From Aureliella sp. (GTDB lineage Bacteria; Planctomycetota; Planctomycetia; Pirellulales; Pirellulaceae): a stretch of DNA of 64,000 bases. The notes under the pieces were generated by a model. It searched no databases. It worked only from the letters and a program-made list of their open reading frames with translations, and was not told the DNA's origin. The DNA is taken from positions 4,000,001 through 4,064,000 of the forward strand of contig OY829846.1 of the NCBI GenBank assembly GCA_963691875.1, in the 5' to 3' direction. Each line of letters begins with the position of its first letter. Within the stretch, counting starts at the first letter, position 1. Positions 30,246 through 41,788 of this stretch are shown here, in pieces. Made by a program: the position numbers and the translations under genes.

Positions 30246-31859
30246 CTAACGACTTTTGAGTTCTTCTAAGCGCTCTGATGCTTGTTGGACCTGAGCGGAG
30301 AGTTCTTCGTCATCTTGGTAGAGTTCTAGAATCGACTCCCAGATTTCGCGGGCGGCTACGATGCGAGCATCGTCGTAGGCCTGGTTCGCTTCTTCGAGTT
30401 TCTGGTCGATGTAACTTTGAAGCTTGTTTCCAAGCTCGCCTTCGGCTGCGATAGTCTCGGCTAGGCGATCCAAGGCTTCTTGCGATAGAAAACAAATCGC
30501 TGTAGCTTCTTCATCATCCGTATAAAGTGAGATGACTGCTGTGTAGCGTTTCTGAGCGCTGGGCATGTCTCCAAATTGTTCGAACTCCCATGCATTCCAA
30601 TATTGAACATCTGCGTCAGTCCACTTCGTACGCTCGTTGAATCGATTCTGCCGTTCAAGCTCTCGCCGCTTTTCGCGAGCGCGAATCCAAGCGAGCTGCT
30701 CCGTAGCCCACTCTGTATGCTCACTATCGGGAAAGCGATCCAAAATTTCCGTGAGGTCACTGCGAGCATCTGACCACTGCGTCGGACGTTCTGTCTTCGG
30801 AGGTAAATTAGCCGAGGCTCGGGCATAAAGCGTTGCTTCACTATCGGGAAGCAGGAGCCAAATGATGGCTGCGATGGCCAGAACGAGCCCGGCCGCAAGG
30901 ACCCAAGTCTGTTCCAAAAAGTCGACTTCTTTACGCTTCTTCTTCTTTTTCTTGGGTTTAATACCTAAGACCTTCTCTGCCTCATCACGATTTGTCTGCA
31001 TTTGCAAGGGGCTAAATCCCGATGCAACATGCTGCAAAACACCCACCCCCTCTGATTGACGCTTCTTGGCTTCCTTGAAAGCAAGCAGCAAAGCCGTAGC
31101 GCTAAAGGGGCGGTCTACTGGGTCTCGAGCGAGTAGCTGATTCACGATCGAGCTAAACCACACGGGACAATCGAATGCAAGAGCGGTCACATCAGGCGCG
31201 TCACTGCCGGTCACCCTTTCTTTGAGCTGTTCGGGCGGAACATGAAAAGGGGGCTCGCCGGTCAGCATGAAGTAGAGCAGCGTCCCAAGCGAGTACAGAT
31301 CTGACTTGGCGGTAGGCTCCTCGCCAGCAAAACGCTCGGGTGCAGCGTGCAGCATCATCGCATAGGTGGGTTTCGCGTCGAGCAGAGCTGCTACTTGATC
31401 GCGCCGAAAGTCAGTGAGCTGTGCTCCTGTTTCCTGGCCGATGATAATCTTGTCAGGTTTAATTCTGCCGTGGATCCAATCGCGCTCGTGTGCATACTTT
31501 AGGCCCTCGGCCAATTGCTGGCTGTACTCGAAAACCGTTTCCCAAGGCAAACGTCCTCGTCTTTCAAGCATGGCATCAAGTGATTCTCCGTCCACGATTT
31601 CGTAGGCCAAAAAGGCGGTATTGGCGTCGTAGCCTCCACCAAAACAGCGAACGATTCCCGGGTGCCTAAGTTCTTTGAGCTGCTCGAGCTGTGTAGCAAA
31701 GTCCTGGCGACTTTCCGGCGTCATCCCCATGGGTACCTTGAAGACACGAATGGCGGCAAGTTTGCTTTGCTTTAGATGCACACCTCGAAACACCTGAGCT
31801 TTACTGCGGCTCGAAGATAAGGGAGCTTCTAGGGCAAAGGGGCCAATTCGAGACTTCAC
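30246..31859 (-). CDS. Membrane-anchored Ser/Thr kinase-fold protein, probable pseudokinase
   Basis: LRHPGIV, APE, SDLYSLG retained, but AAIR, HGRIKPDK and DFR replace VAIK, HRDxKPxN and DFG; Lys run, one TM, helical-repeat C-terminus. Confidence 0.85.
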   Translation of the reverse strand: MKSRIGPFALEAPLSSSRSKAQVFRGVHLKQSKLAAIRVFKVPMGMTPESRQDFATQLEQLKELRHPGIVRCFGGGYDANTAFLAYEIVDGESLDAMLERRGRLPWETVFEYSQQLAEGLKYAHERDWIHGRIKPDKIIIGQETGAQLTDFRRDQVAALLDAKPTYAMMLHAAPERFAGEEPTAKSDLYSLGTLLYFMLTGEPPFHVPPEQLKERVTGSDAPDVTALAFDCPVWFSSIVNQLLARDPVDRPFSATALLLAFKEAKKRQSEGVGVLQHVASGFSPLQMQTNRDEAEKVLGIKPKKKKKKRKEVDFLEQTWVLAAGLVLAIAAIIWLLLPDSEATLYARASANLPPKTERPTQWSDARSDLTEILDRFPDSEHTEWATEQLAWIRAREKRRELERQNRFNERTKWTDADVQYWNAWEFEQFGDMPSAQKRYTAVISLYTDDEEATAICFLSQEALDRLAETIAAEGELGNKLQSYIDQKLEEANQAYDDARIVAAREIWESILELYQDDEELSAQVQQASERLEELKSR

Positions 31860-32080
31860 GGGGTTGCGGGCTCAATCAAGGACAAATGGCAAGGAGATCG
31901 TGGCGATCGAGAACGAGCTGTCTATTTTAGTCTCTTGTGGAGTTCGCGGAGTCAGTTTGACGAGACTGAAGTTAAGCTAATCAACGTATGAATCGAAGAA
32001 AAAGCCATCTCCGGCCCATATAAACGGCGCGCTGAAACCCTCGCTCCCCGTTACGCGCGGGTCCGCTCAGAGAGAGGACG

Positions 32081-32103
32081 GGACTTCTAGCGAAGTCCAC
32101 TAC
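32081..32103 (-). repeat. GTAG-footed REP-like palindrome
   Basis: Reverse complement GTAGTGGACTTCGCTAGAAGTCC, perfect 7-bp stem GGACTTC/GAAGTCC. Confidence 0.7.
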
Positions 32104-32122
32104 AAAGAACCCGTAACTAGGT

Positions 32123-34297
32123 TTAGGGTGCGAGGCTGTAGGGTCGGGCTTCGCAGTGCTCGCCATCGATACTAGAAATCACGCGAGCTGGAATACGGTC
32201 TGCGAAGCCAGAATCGGCACTTTGGCGCAGTGAAGCAAGTTGCACTTGCTGGGTATGCTCCTGCCGAATGCTTTGAAGATGTTCGAGTAGAATGCGCCGG
32301 ACCTCGAAGATAGTTTTCGGGTGGCGGTGAATCTCCTGATGTTCGCTCGCGACATAGATCTGAGTCTCCGCGTCGGGAATCACTGCGCTGCCCTCTTCAA
32401 CGACGCCGTCGCCTGTTGCTTCGCCGCTACTCCAGAAACCGCGTTTGGCAATCAAGCCAATCACATTGTGATAATGAGTCCATGGTGCCTTGGGTGCGTT
32501 GTGCAGAGCAGGGAACACGGCGGAATTTGGGCTAAGTGAATCGATACTGGTGCTGCTGGTTAGCAAATCCGTGTTGCGGAACACCCCTGGATTTCGAGAG
32601 ATGAGTTGCTGCCCAGAGGTAACCATCAACGCTGGTAGTTTGATTAGATGCCTACCGAGCCATCGCGTTGTATCGTTGGCGTAGTCGCTGCCTTTGTAAG
32701 GCGTTCCGATGGTAACGACGCGGCAGATGTCACGGTTTGGCTTGAAGAACGCTGCCTCACGCAAGCGATTGATTGCATCTTCATCGCCTTGAACTTCGTG
32801 GAAGGGTTTGTTGCTGAGCACTTTCCAAAAGTCGTCTGAACTTTCGACTGTTTGCATGCGGCTTACTAGACCACCCATGCTGTGTCCCACTAGGACCATA
32901 TGATCGAGAGCTTCGAAACGGTGATTGGGATCGAGATGTTGCCGCAGTTCGCTCAAGTCGGCTCGCATCTGAGTTGCGCTAAGCCAAAATGGCTGCCCCG
33001 TCGGATACTGGTAGAACCAAAATTGATAGTTGCTACGCAGTTCTTCAAAACTTCTCAAGTCATTAAACATCGGCATCCAAGTCACGGGGCTAGACCATAG
33101 TCCGTGCACCATCAGTACTGGGATCCGAGTGGGATCAAAGGGCTCTAACATGTAGATACCCCTGTGCTCCTGAGTCGCGTTAGGGTTTAGTAGCCCCAAC
33201 GTAGCTTGGCTTGCATCTCGAAACTGTTCGCTGTCTAGAAAGTACGCTAACGAAGTACTAAGGTCGGTCTGCAGAGGCACCATGCGATTTTCGATGTGTA
33301 AATTACAAGACGCGAGCGGATCATGAAATTCAAGAATACAATGATGTCGATGATTTGCACCCTTGCCAGGCATCGATCCAGGCTTTACGACACGAACAAG
33401 CACTGTAACCGGAAAGCTCAATCCATCTGGGTAGTATTTTTCGCGAATGTCGTTCGGATCACCTTTCTTTCGAACAGCTATTAACGGAACACCGAGGCCA
33501 TAGGATTGGCCTGATGAAGGCAGGCCTTCGACGGCATAGTCACTCACGAACTCAAAACGCTCGAAGTCCTCTACTTCCCATTGACCTCGCACAATCATGT
33601 GCACTTCGCACTGCTGTGTACCAGTGGAGATCTTGTAGCTGGAACCTGGCTTGAGTTGGCCGCGACGATCCAAGATGCGAAGTGAGGCTTCCAATGACTC
33701 GTTGTACAGATCGCAGGCTCCTCGAAAGAGCGGATCATAGGGATTCCGAGTCATATCCAAATCACCAGAGAATAGATACATATAGGCGTTGCTCACTGCT
33801 ACACCGTACATGTCAAGCGCTTGATTCTCGTCCTTGGCTTGTTCTGCCTTCTTTCCCAGTATGTAGGCAATCTCACTAATGCCGTAAACAAGCTCTGCCT
33901 CAACTTCTGAATCTAAAAGCTCGTGCATGACTTCCAAACACTGTTTGGGATCTTCGTTGTAGATGTCAGCTAGGGCAAACCTACGAAGAACCGAGTCGGT
34001 ACGAACACTGATTTTGGGTCCACGATAGCTATCCAGTTGCAGTCGACCGGTCAGAGGATTGGCAGGCTGAGATCGTCGAATCAAGAACTGTTGGCTGCTG
34101 CAACCGGTAAGTGCCACGAGCAAGCAGAGCAGGACACCGAGCAACTTTCGATGGTTTCGCAGAATGCTAGCGTGTGCGTTCTTGGGCCAATGGCCGGTTG
34201 CGCAAGTGCGCATCGACGTCAAGCTCGCGCTTGAGCACGAGAAATCGGAGCTAGGCTTTGCCCCGGCTTGCTGATTTTTCTCAAAGATGAATCGCAT
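32123..34297 (-). CDS. Alpha/beta hydrolase (esterase/lipase family), probable lipoprotein
   Basis: Lipobox LTGC, VHGLWS, GHSMGG nucleophile elbow, GDGVV, HQEIH; start uncertain. Confidence 0.85.
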   Translation of the reverse strand: MRFIFEKNQQAGAKPSSDFSCSSASLTSMRTCATGHWPKNAHASILRNHRKLLGVLLCLLVALTGCSSQQFLIRRSQPANPLTGRLQLDSYRGPKISVRTDSVLRRFALADIYNEDPKQCLEVMHELLDSEVEAELVYGISEIAYILGKKAEQAKDENQALDMYGVAVSNAYMYLFSGDLDMTRNPYDPLFRGACDLYNESLEASLRILDRRGQLKPGSSYKISTGTQQCEVHMIVRGQWEVEDFERFEFVSDYAVEGLPSSGQSYGLGVPLIAVRKKGDPNDIREKYYPDGLSFPVTVLVRVVKPGSMPGKGANHRHHCILEFHDPLASCNLHIENRMVPLQTDLSTSLAYFLDSEQFRDASQATLGLLNPNATQEHRGIYMLEPFDPTRIPVLMVHGLWSSPVTWMPMFNDLRSFEELRSNYQFWFYQYPTGQPFWLSATQMRADLSELRQHLDPNHRFEALDHMVLVGHSMGGLVSRMQTVESSDDFWKVLSNKPFHEVQGDEDAINRLREAAFFKPNRDICRVVTIGTPYKGSDYANDTTRWLGRHLIKLPALMVTSGQQLISRNPGVFRNTDLLTSSTSIDSLSPNSAVFPALHNAPKAPWTHYHNVIGLIAKRGFWSSGEATGDGVVEEGSAVIPDAETQIYVASEHQEIHRHPKTIFEVRRILLEHLQSIRQEHTQQVQLASLRQSADSGFADRIPARVISSIDGEHCEARPYSLAP

Positions 34298-34506
34298 GCC
34301 CTAGTTCTTTGTCGGGACTTCGGCAGACGCTTTGTTTGGCTGTAGCTCCAGCCAGCGGTGGGAGAATAGGAAAGCCGCAGGCGTGGGGTCAATGGAGTTT
34401 CGCTCGCAACCACCAAGCTAGAATCACAAAATGGCTCGCATTGGTTTTCCCCAGCACTTACGTGCATTCATAATGGAAGCCAAGTGAAAATCGCCCGGAG
34501 TCCTGG

Positions 34507-37500
34507 ATGAACTTGGTTCAAGAGCTTTTGCAAGAGTTTTGCCAAAACTGGCAGGGCTACAACGTACTTAAGTACGAAGGCTATCTGCAGCGTACCGGCA
34601 ATGTATCTGAGCGGATCGAATTGCTAGCGCTCATGATTCAGAAAGAGATTCAGTTTGTCTTTGACTCCCCAGCACATGCACAGCCATTTTCCGAGAATCA
34701 GGATGACGACTGTGTTCGGCCCAACCTGCGATTGCTATTGGCTCATTCCCCAGATCTCAGTGATTATCCCAAGAAAATACTCGATCTAGTTCTGTTCGAG
34801 TTTGCTATACGTTTACGATTTGATGACTCGCCTCCAACTCCAGAGAACTACTTGGACCTCGTCCCGCAGGACTATCGTTTGCACTTGTGCGAAACACTCG
34901 AACGGATCGAGAGCATTCTGCAGCAGCCGAAGAACGAAGCCGAGGTTGAGGTCAATGCTTCTGACTTAACTGTGAAGGATCCGCCGGGATCGGCCAATGT
35001 GTCTCTCAATCGACTGCCCTGTATCCTGGGCAACTATTTGGTCTTAAGCGTCATTGACCGTGGCGGAATGGGAACAGTTTACTCTGCGGTTGATCTCCGT
35101 ACTGCGGCGCCAGTTGCTATCAAGGTCATGAAACGAGATGACGCTTGGAGTATCTATCGCTTCATCCATGAATTCACTTGGCTTTCCCAGATGACTCACC
35201 CAAATCTGGTAAAACTATTTGATACCTGTGCTGAGGGAGAATACCGCTATTTTTCCATGGAAGTCGTCGAAGGTCTCACTCTGTCAAAATGGTTTCAATC
35301 GATCCTCCATAGGCCTGATTCGCATGTGAAACTCAAGAAAGTATTGCAACAGATTGCATCTGCTTTACAGTTCGTGCATCGCAGCGGTGGCTTGCATTGC
35401 GACATCAAGTGCAGCAATGTCATGATTACATCGAAACGACGCGCCGTACTCTTGGACCTGGGACTTGCTGCCCAACAACACAGTGGTGAAAAAGGCCTCG
35501 GAACTTTTCAGTACTATGCACCCGAGGTAATCAAGACAGAAGTTCACTCGCGTGCAAGTGATTGGTTTAGCTTCGGCTTAATGATTTATGAAGCGATAGT
35601 CGGGGAGTACAATTTACGCACAGAAAAGGCCAGATCCGGCTCTCGAGACCCTGACCTGTACGTAATTGATTCGAAGAATCTGCGTGCTCAATTGGAGGGC
35701 GCGGACCAAGGCTTGGTCGAACTGTGCTGTGATTTGATACAGACCGATCCTGCCGCCAGACCTTCTGGCACTGAAGTCGTTGAACGTCTTGGGGGATCAC
35801 CTGACCCTGTTCTAACCTATGGATCGTTTATTGGTCGCAAAGACCTACTGCGGCGCCTTGACGCGATCGACAAGAAAGATGCAGCGGAGATTGTGATACT
35901 TGGCGGAGAATCGGGTATCGGAAAAACAAGCTTGATACAAGAATGGCTTCGGCGGCAGAGCCGAAGCGACAATGATCTTGTCTTAAAGCTGCGATGCTTT
36001 CGTCAGGATCAAACTCCACTGCGAGTGTTGAATGGTCTGATTCAAGACCTGATGCAAGTGCTTCCTAAGATTCCAGATTCGATCTGGTTGCCCTCACTGC
36101 AACGGCATGTTGACTATATCGCCAGGACTTTTCCACAGATTCTCCAGTTGGTTGAAAGCAGCAACGACTTCAACTCGCGACACCCCACCGGCAAAACTCA
36201 CTCTGTAGAAAATGAGAATCTATCAACGCTTCACTTGATGCAGTGGATAGTTGAGTTAACTCAGGAGTTGCGATTCCTACTTGTGATTGATGACGCTCAG
36301 TGGTCTGACCAAAGAAGTCTGGTCTGGATTGTCGAGCTCTTTCAATTGCCAGGTTTCGCAGGAAAAGCATTCATTCTTGACGAAAGCCTACCCGCGGACA
36401 GCGAAGAATTTGGCCACGTACTCCAATCCATTAGTGACCACATCTTTGTGTCCAAGCCTTCACCGGCTGAAGTGCTCAGTGTGCCAGGTCTGTCGATTGA
36501 GTTGCTGCATGTTGAGCCTCTTAATAAGGAGGATTCTACCTTGTTACTCCAAGACTTGTGCTCCTCCATCCAACACGAGATTTCTACTCCGGTAATGGAG
36601 AACATCTGCGAGCGCTCAGAAGGCAATCCATTCCTACTTCAGGAACTGATGCAAACCTACGTGCATTACCTTCAAAGGGGTTCCATTACCGAAGAAATTT
36701 GGTTGTCAGAAAATCCTGACAGCAGCAGTTTAAGGAGCCGTGTCAGTCTTTTGCCTCGCAAGGTGGAAAACATACTTCACTATTTGGCGGTAGCCGACCA
36801 ACCGCTGAGTTTTCAGCAGCTCAAAACAGCTTCGCGGATGAAAACCAAGGAACTGCAGTCTGCCACTAATGTTCTGGAATCTTTGGGGTGGATTGACGGA
36901 CGCGTGATCGACGGAATTTCAACTATCGAGTTGGCGCACGAACGGTTTCGTAAAGCGCTACTTTCATCGCTCCCAGAAGTTCGATTGCAGCGTCGACACT
37001 TCCACGTTGCCAAGATGCTGTCGGGGAACATTCCACCGCCATGGGCTCGAATCGGTAAATACTACTGGGCTGCTAAGCAATATCGCGAGGCATCTGCTTG
37101 TTATGCCCAAGCTGCTCAGACTGCCGCGGCGAATGCCAACTACCAGTCGGCGCTTGAATTCCTTGAGCGAGCCTCGCATCCCGCGGCTACTCGTAGTGAA
37201 GAAGAGTTGCGTCAGATCCAAATCTTGAAAGCCGATTGTCTTGGTGCCGTTGGTGACGCTGTGCGGTCTGCGGCGATCTATTTGGAACTCACCGAGTCGA
37301 CCACGTCAGATCAAGAGACTTTGCTGTTTCGAAGTAAAGCCGGCGAACAACTGATTCGGGGTGGAAGGCTTGAGGACGCAGTCGAACATCTAGGCAAGGT
37401 GTTCCGAGAAATCCGAGCCGGCGGGCTCAAACGTGGATTGTGGCCGGTCACGCTCATTCGCCTTCACATCATCAAAGATTTTCTATCTCGCCCAAAGTCA

Positions 37501-38001
37501 GTCGGTTTGGCTCGCGAGGAGGTTCCGCTCGATGAGTTTTACAAATTGTTGAATCGACTCGCGGTACCGCTCACGATTCTGGATAGTCAGTTTGGAACGG
37601 ATATGATTGTGAGGATGAAACGAAGAACGGAGAAGACGGGCTCGGCAACGGACCGAGCCATTGCTGTCATCCACTTCGGAACTCTGTTAACACTTGCCGG
37701 AGGACCTGGACTTCGAAAAGGAATGCGCTGGCTAAGGCATGGACATGAGCTCGCAAACAAAAGCAACAGCAGTACGGCAATTGCATTATTTCATTTTTGC
37801 TTGTTGTTGATTGATGTGCAGTACGGAAAGTTAGGGAGGGTCGCACGGCGTGCCGCGTTGGTCCAGCACTGGATGGACCGGGAAGCGCGAAGCATGAATT
37901 GGGAAAGTCAGTTCGTAGCGTGGTGTATATCGGCCTATTACTGGTACACCATGCAATTATCCGAAGGATACAGCTACGTTCAGGAAACGAGAGAGCGCTG
38001 A
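34507..38001 (+). CDS. Ser/Thr kinase fused to P-loop AAA ATPase and TPR-like repeats; N-terminal part of a frameshifted gene
   Basis: RGGMGTVY, VAIK, HCDIKCSN, DLG; GESGIGKT, LVIDDAQW, EGNPFLLQEL; stop falls inside a 10-bp tandem repeat. Confidence 0.85.
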   Translation: MNLVQELLQEFCQNWQGYNVLKYEGYLQRTGNVSERIELLALMIQKEIQFVFDSPAHAQPFSENQDDDCVRPNLRLLLAHSPDLSDYPKKILDLVLFEFAIRLRFDDSPPTPENYLDLVPQDYRLHLCETLERIESILQQPKNEAEVEVNASDLTVKDPPGSANVSLNRLPCILGNYLVLSVIDRGGMGTVYSAVDLRTAAPVAIKVMKRDDAWSIYRFIHEFTWLSQMTHPNLVKLFDTCAEGEYRYFSMEVVEGLTLSKWFQSILHRPDSHVKLKKVLQQIASALQFVHRSGGLHCDIKCSNVMITSKRRAVLLDLGLAAQQHSGEKGLGTFQYYAPEVIKTEVHSRASDWFSFGLMIYEAIVGEYNLRTEKARSGSRDPDLYVIDSKNLRAQLEGADQGLVELCCDLIQTDPAARPSGTEVVERLGGSPDPVLTYGSFIGRKDLLRRLDAIDKKDAAEIVILGGESGIGKTSLIQEWLRRQSRSDNDLVLKLRCFRQDQTPLRVLNGLIQDLMQVLPKIPDSIWLPSLQRHVDYIARTFPQILQLVESSNDFNSRHPTGKTHSVENENLSTLHLMQWIVELTQELRFLLVIDDAQWSDQRSLVWIVELFQLPGFAGKAFILDESLPADSEEFGHVLQSISDHIFVSKPSPAEVLSVPGLSIELLHVEPLNKEDSTLLLQDLCSSIQHEISTPVMENICERSEGNPFLLQELMQTYVHYLQRGSITEEIWLSENPDSSSLRSRVSLLPRKVENILHYLAVADQPLSFQQLKTASRMKTKELQSATNVLESLGWIDGRVIDGISTIELAHERFRKALLSSLPEVRLQRRHFHVAKMLSGNIPPPWARIGKYYWAAKQYREASACYAQAAQTAAANANYQSALEFLERASHPAATRSEEELRQIQILKADCLGAVGDAVRSAAIYLELTESTTSDQETLLFRSKAGEQLIRGGRLEDAVEHLGKVFREIRAGGLKRGLWPVTLIRLHIIKDFLSRPKSVGLAREEVPLDEFYKLLNRLAVPLTILDSQFGTDMIVRMKRRTEKTGSATDRAIAVIHFGTLLTLAGGPGLRKGMRWLRHGHELANKSNSSTAIALFHFCLLLIDVQYGKLGRVARRAALVQHWMDREARSMNWESQFVAWCISAYYWYTMQLSEGYSYVQETRER

Positions 38002-38020
38002 CGAGCGCTGACGAGCGCTG
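37993..38020 (+). repeat. Tandem repeat GAGCGCTGAC x2.8 at the frameshift junction
   Basis: GAGCGCTGAC GAGCGCTGAC GAGCGCTG read directly; contains the TGA at 37999-38001. Confidence 0.9.
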
Positions 38021-38678
38021 CGATTCCGTGGCACAGCTCCTGATGAGATCAGGAACAGCCTTTCTGGTAGATTTGGTTCAGGATGAGGAGGAGGCCGCTG
38101 AACAATCGATTGTTTTCCAATCCAACAATTTCGCTACCCAGCAATATCAATCGCCGTGGTTCTATTGTTGGATCAATCGTATTCAATTCGCACTATACAG
38201 AGGAAAGGTTGGCGAAGCTCTAGAGCTACTCAACACCGAGTGGTCGAGGCTTGCGCGGACATGCAGTTTTCAGGGACAGCACTATCGTTTCGTTCTGCTT
38301 TGCTTGAGGCTATGCGCTGAGATGCAATCACTTGTATTATCAGACAGTCAGTTTGAATCATCTTTGACGCAATGCATGAAGTTTGCCAAACAACTATCCA
38401 ACCTCGAGTCGAGTGCTTATGCTCTCTATGGTCGAGGATTTACGTTAGTCCTTCAGACTTATCGAGGAAAAGTTGCACCAACTGAAAAGTGGTATTCAAT
38501 CATTAAATCCGCAGAGAACAAGCAACATTTTCTTTTCGCCAATGCTCTTCGCTGGCACTACGAGATAACAACTGGAGAAAAGGATCGAGTAGCACGGCAG
38601 AAACTCGTTGAGGCCGGCTGTGTAAAGCCCGAAAAGCTCATGAACCTGTTGCTCCCTTTACCCACAGATTACTCCTAG
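38019..38678 (+). pseudogene. C-terminal fragment of the kinase-AAA gene in a shifted frame
   Basis: ORF 37899-38678 overlaps the upstream ORF and continues its helical-repeat character; removing 20 nt of the repeat fuses the frames (ERCDSVAQLLMR). Confidence 0.7.
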
Positions 38679-38681
38679 CTT

Positions 38682-39182
38682 ATGCCTCGTTTCGAACACA
38701 TTCGGCATCAGTGCCCCTCGACCCTAGAGAACGCGCGGGAACTGATACTTGTGGTCAGTCCGCTTCGCAGTAGTGTGAACCTTAGCCGCATGGTTCGCTT
38801 AGCTGGCTGCAGTGGGATTACTCGAATCGTACACTGCGGAAACGGCAAAGTGGATTCCACCATCGCGCGCGATGCCGCCGATCATGTAAAAGTTGAAACG
38901 CGTCGTAGTCTCACTCCTTTTCTCGCGAAACTAAGGCAGCAAGATTATTGCCTGGTCGGATTGGAACAAACTACCAATTCGCAACTCTTGCCCGATTACG
39001 AATTCACCAGGAAGACTGCCTTAGTGATTGGCTCAGAACGCGAGGGACTTTCTCAAGAAGCGCTTGATCAGCTGGATGCTGTAGTGGAGATTCCTGTATT
39101 TGGTCTGCCAGCTAGCTACAACGTCGTGACTGCGACCACCATGGCGGTTTACGAGTATTGTCGGCAGTTCCCGCGAGGTTGA
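38682..39182 (+). CDS. TrmH/SpoU family RNA methyltransferase
   Basis: NLSRMVR, LVIGSEREGL, VEIP..SYNV SPOUT motifs. Confidence 0.9.
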   Translation: MPRFEHIRHQCPSTLENARELILVVSPLRSSVNLSRMVRLAGCSGITRIVHCGNGKVDSTIARDAADHVKVETRRSLTPFLAKLRQQDYCLVGLEQTTNSQLLPDYEFTRKTALVIGSEREGLSQEALDQLDAVVEIPVFGLPASYNVVTATTMAVYEYCRQFPRG

Positions 39183-39328
39183 ACCGACGCGGGAAATCGA
39201 TCGTCGGTAGAAGAAAATGAAAGAACGGGTGACTATAGCACTAGCCGCCCGTTCAGTGAATTCTTTATCGACTCTGATGCAATAATAGATCAATTGGTCA
39301 CAATGGAACTACTTTCGCAGCACGATCC

Positions 39329-40372
<1,044 letters not shown>

Positions 40373-40600
40373 CTAATGTAGGGGCTCGAGGCCGTGCAGG
40401 CCGTCGTGGTTGGATTACAGATGAGGAGAGCGATAATTCGATTGATTCCTCTTCAGTGGGCGAAAATTATAATTTTTCAAGCCCGAACCAGCAACGCAAA
40501 CTCGCTGCTTGGAACCAAAGCATAGACGGCGAGATAGCTGCCGCTAAGGTTTACTTGTGTTGCTCATACCCCCTTTAACTCGCGACTTAGAAAGAACATC

Positions 40601-41395
40601 ATGGTTCGTCCTCGCTGGCAACTACCCAAAGCCGTAAGTCGCGAATCGTGGGACTACATACAGTCAGAGAAGATCGCTCATCAGTATGAGGATTTCCTCG
40701 GCCAAAATCCGCTCTTTCGGCTCGACGTCGATCTGGTTCAGCAGCAGATCGAACCTCTCCAGAACCAGTTTCCGGAGTGCGAACTTTACGTGGCGGATCT
40801 AGGCTGCGGGACAGCTCGAGTCGCTCGCGCGCTTGACCCCGATATCTGTCGAGTTCTGAACATTGACTTGAGTCAATCTATGCTGCTACGAGCTCAGGAA
40901 TTGGCGGGAGAACGTAAATACGCTTTAGAACTCCAAGGGAACTTGGCGGAGCTTCAGTTTCTTCGGCCCGACTGTTTACACCTTGCTGTCTGCCTGTTCA
41001 GCAGCCTCGGCATGCTTCGTCCAAGAGAGCAAAGAATTCAATTTCTGGCGCAAGTTTGTAATTCTCTTAGACAAAATGGGCGCTTCGTGGTTCACGTTCA
41101 CAATAGATACCGCAATTTGTACGATCCCGGTGGAATGACTTGGCTAGCTTATGGACTGCTAAGGCACCTAAGCGGAAAAGGCGAGTTGGGTGATCGAGTC
41201 TATCCGTACCGTGGATTGCCACGAATGTTCTTGCACATTTACAGTCGCCGCGAATTGGTCGCTGACCTGCAACAAGCTGGGTTTCGCATGATTGAGATTC
41301 TTCCAATCCATGTTTCCGGCTCGACTCTGCTTCCCAGTTCTGCTCGACTTGTCGATCTTCGAGCGGGCGGTTTCTTTGCGGTCGCTGAGAAGTAA
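40601..41395 (+). CDS. Class I SAM-dependent methyltransferase
   Basis: VADLGCGTAR, IDLSQSML. Confidence 0.88.
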   Translation: MVRPRWQLPKAVSRESWDYIQSEKIAHQYEDFLGQNPLFRLDVDLVQQQIEPLQNQFPECELYVADLGCGTARVARALDPDICRVLNIDLSQSMLLRAQELAGERKYALELQGNLAELQFLRPDCLHLAVCLFSSLGMLRPREQRIQFLAQVCNSLRQNGRFVVHVHNRYRNLYDPGGMTWLAYGLLRHLSGKGELGDRVYPYRGLPRMFLHIYSRRELVADLQQAGFRMIEILPIHVSGSTLLPSSARLVDLRAGGFFAVAEK

Positions 41396-41788
41396 GACGC
41401 CAGATGGTAACGCTGTCTACTTCATCGATTGTGCTAAAAGTACTGTGGCAGTATCACAGTCACGATTGCGATGTACTTTAGTGCTCATCGACCCAGCTTC
41501 CTTTTCGAAGCACGAGTTACAATATAACAAATAGTGTTTATCCCTCGCTGCTTCGAGGATTAATCTACGCCAGCGGTAACGTCTCGTTCTCCAACTCTTC
41601 GGAGATCGAACTTTAGGGTTCGCTCGTTACTGGTAGCAAACTTACTGGTAGTGGCAAGTTGTTTGTTCAATCGAGAGATATCTTCAAACCCTATCCACCG
41701 CCAAGATTCCAACAGTCTCAGAATGTCTACATCCGTTCGGGATCAGTAAGACGCGTAGCTGCGGCGAAATGATCATTGATTCGAATGT

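Noticed and set aside
41627..41651. Direct repeat TTACTGGTAG x2
   Set aside because: Two copies between convergent genes, with no promoter context or further support
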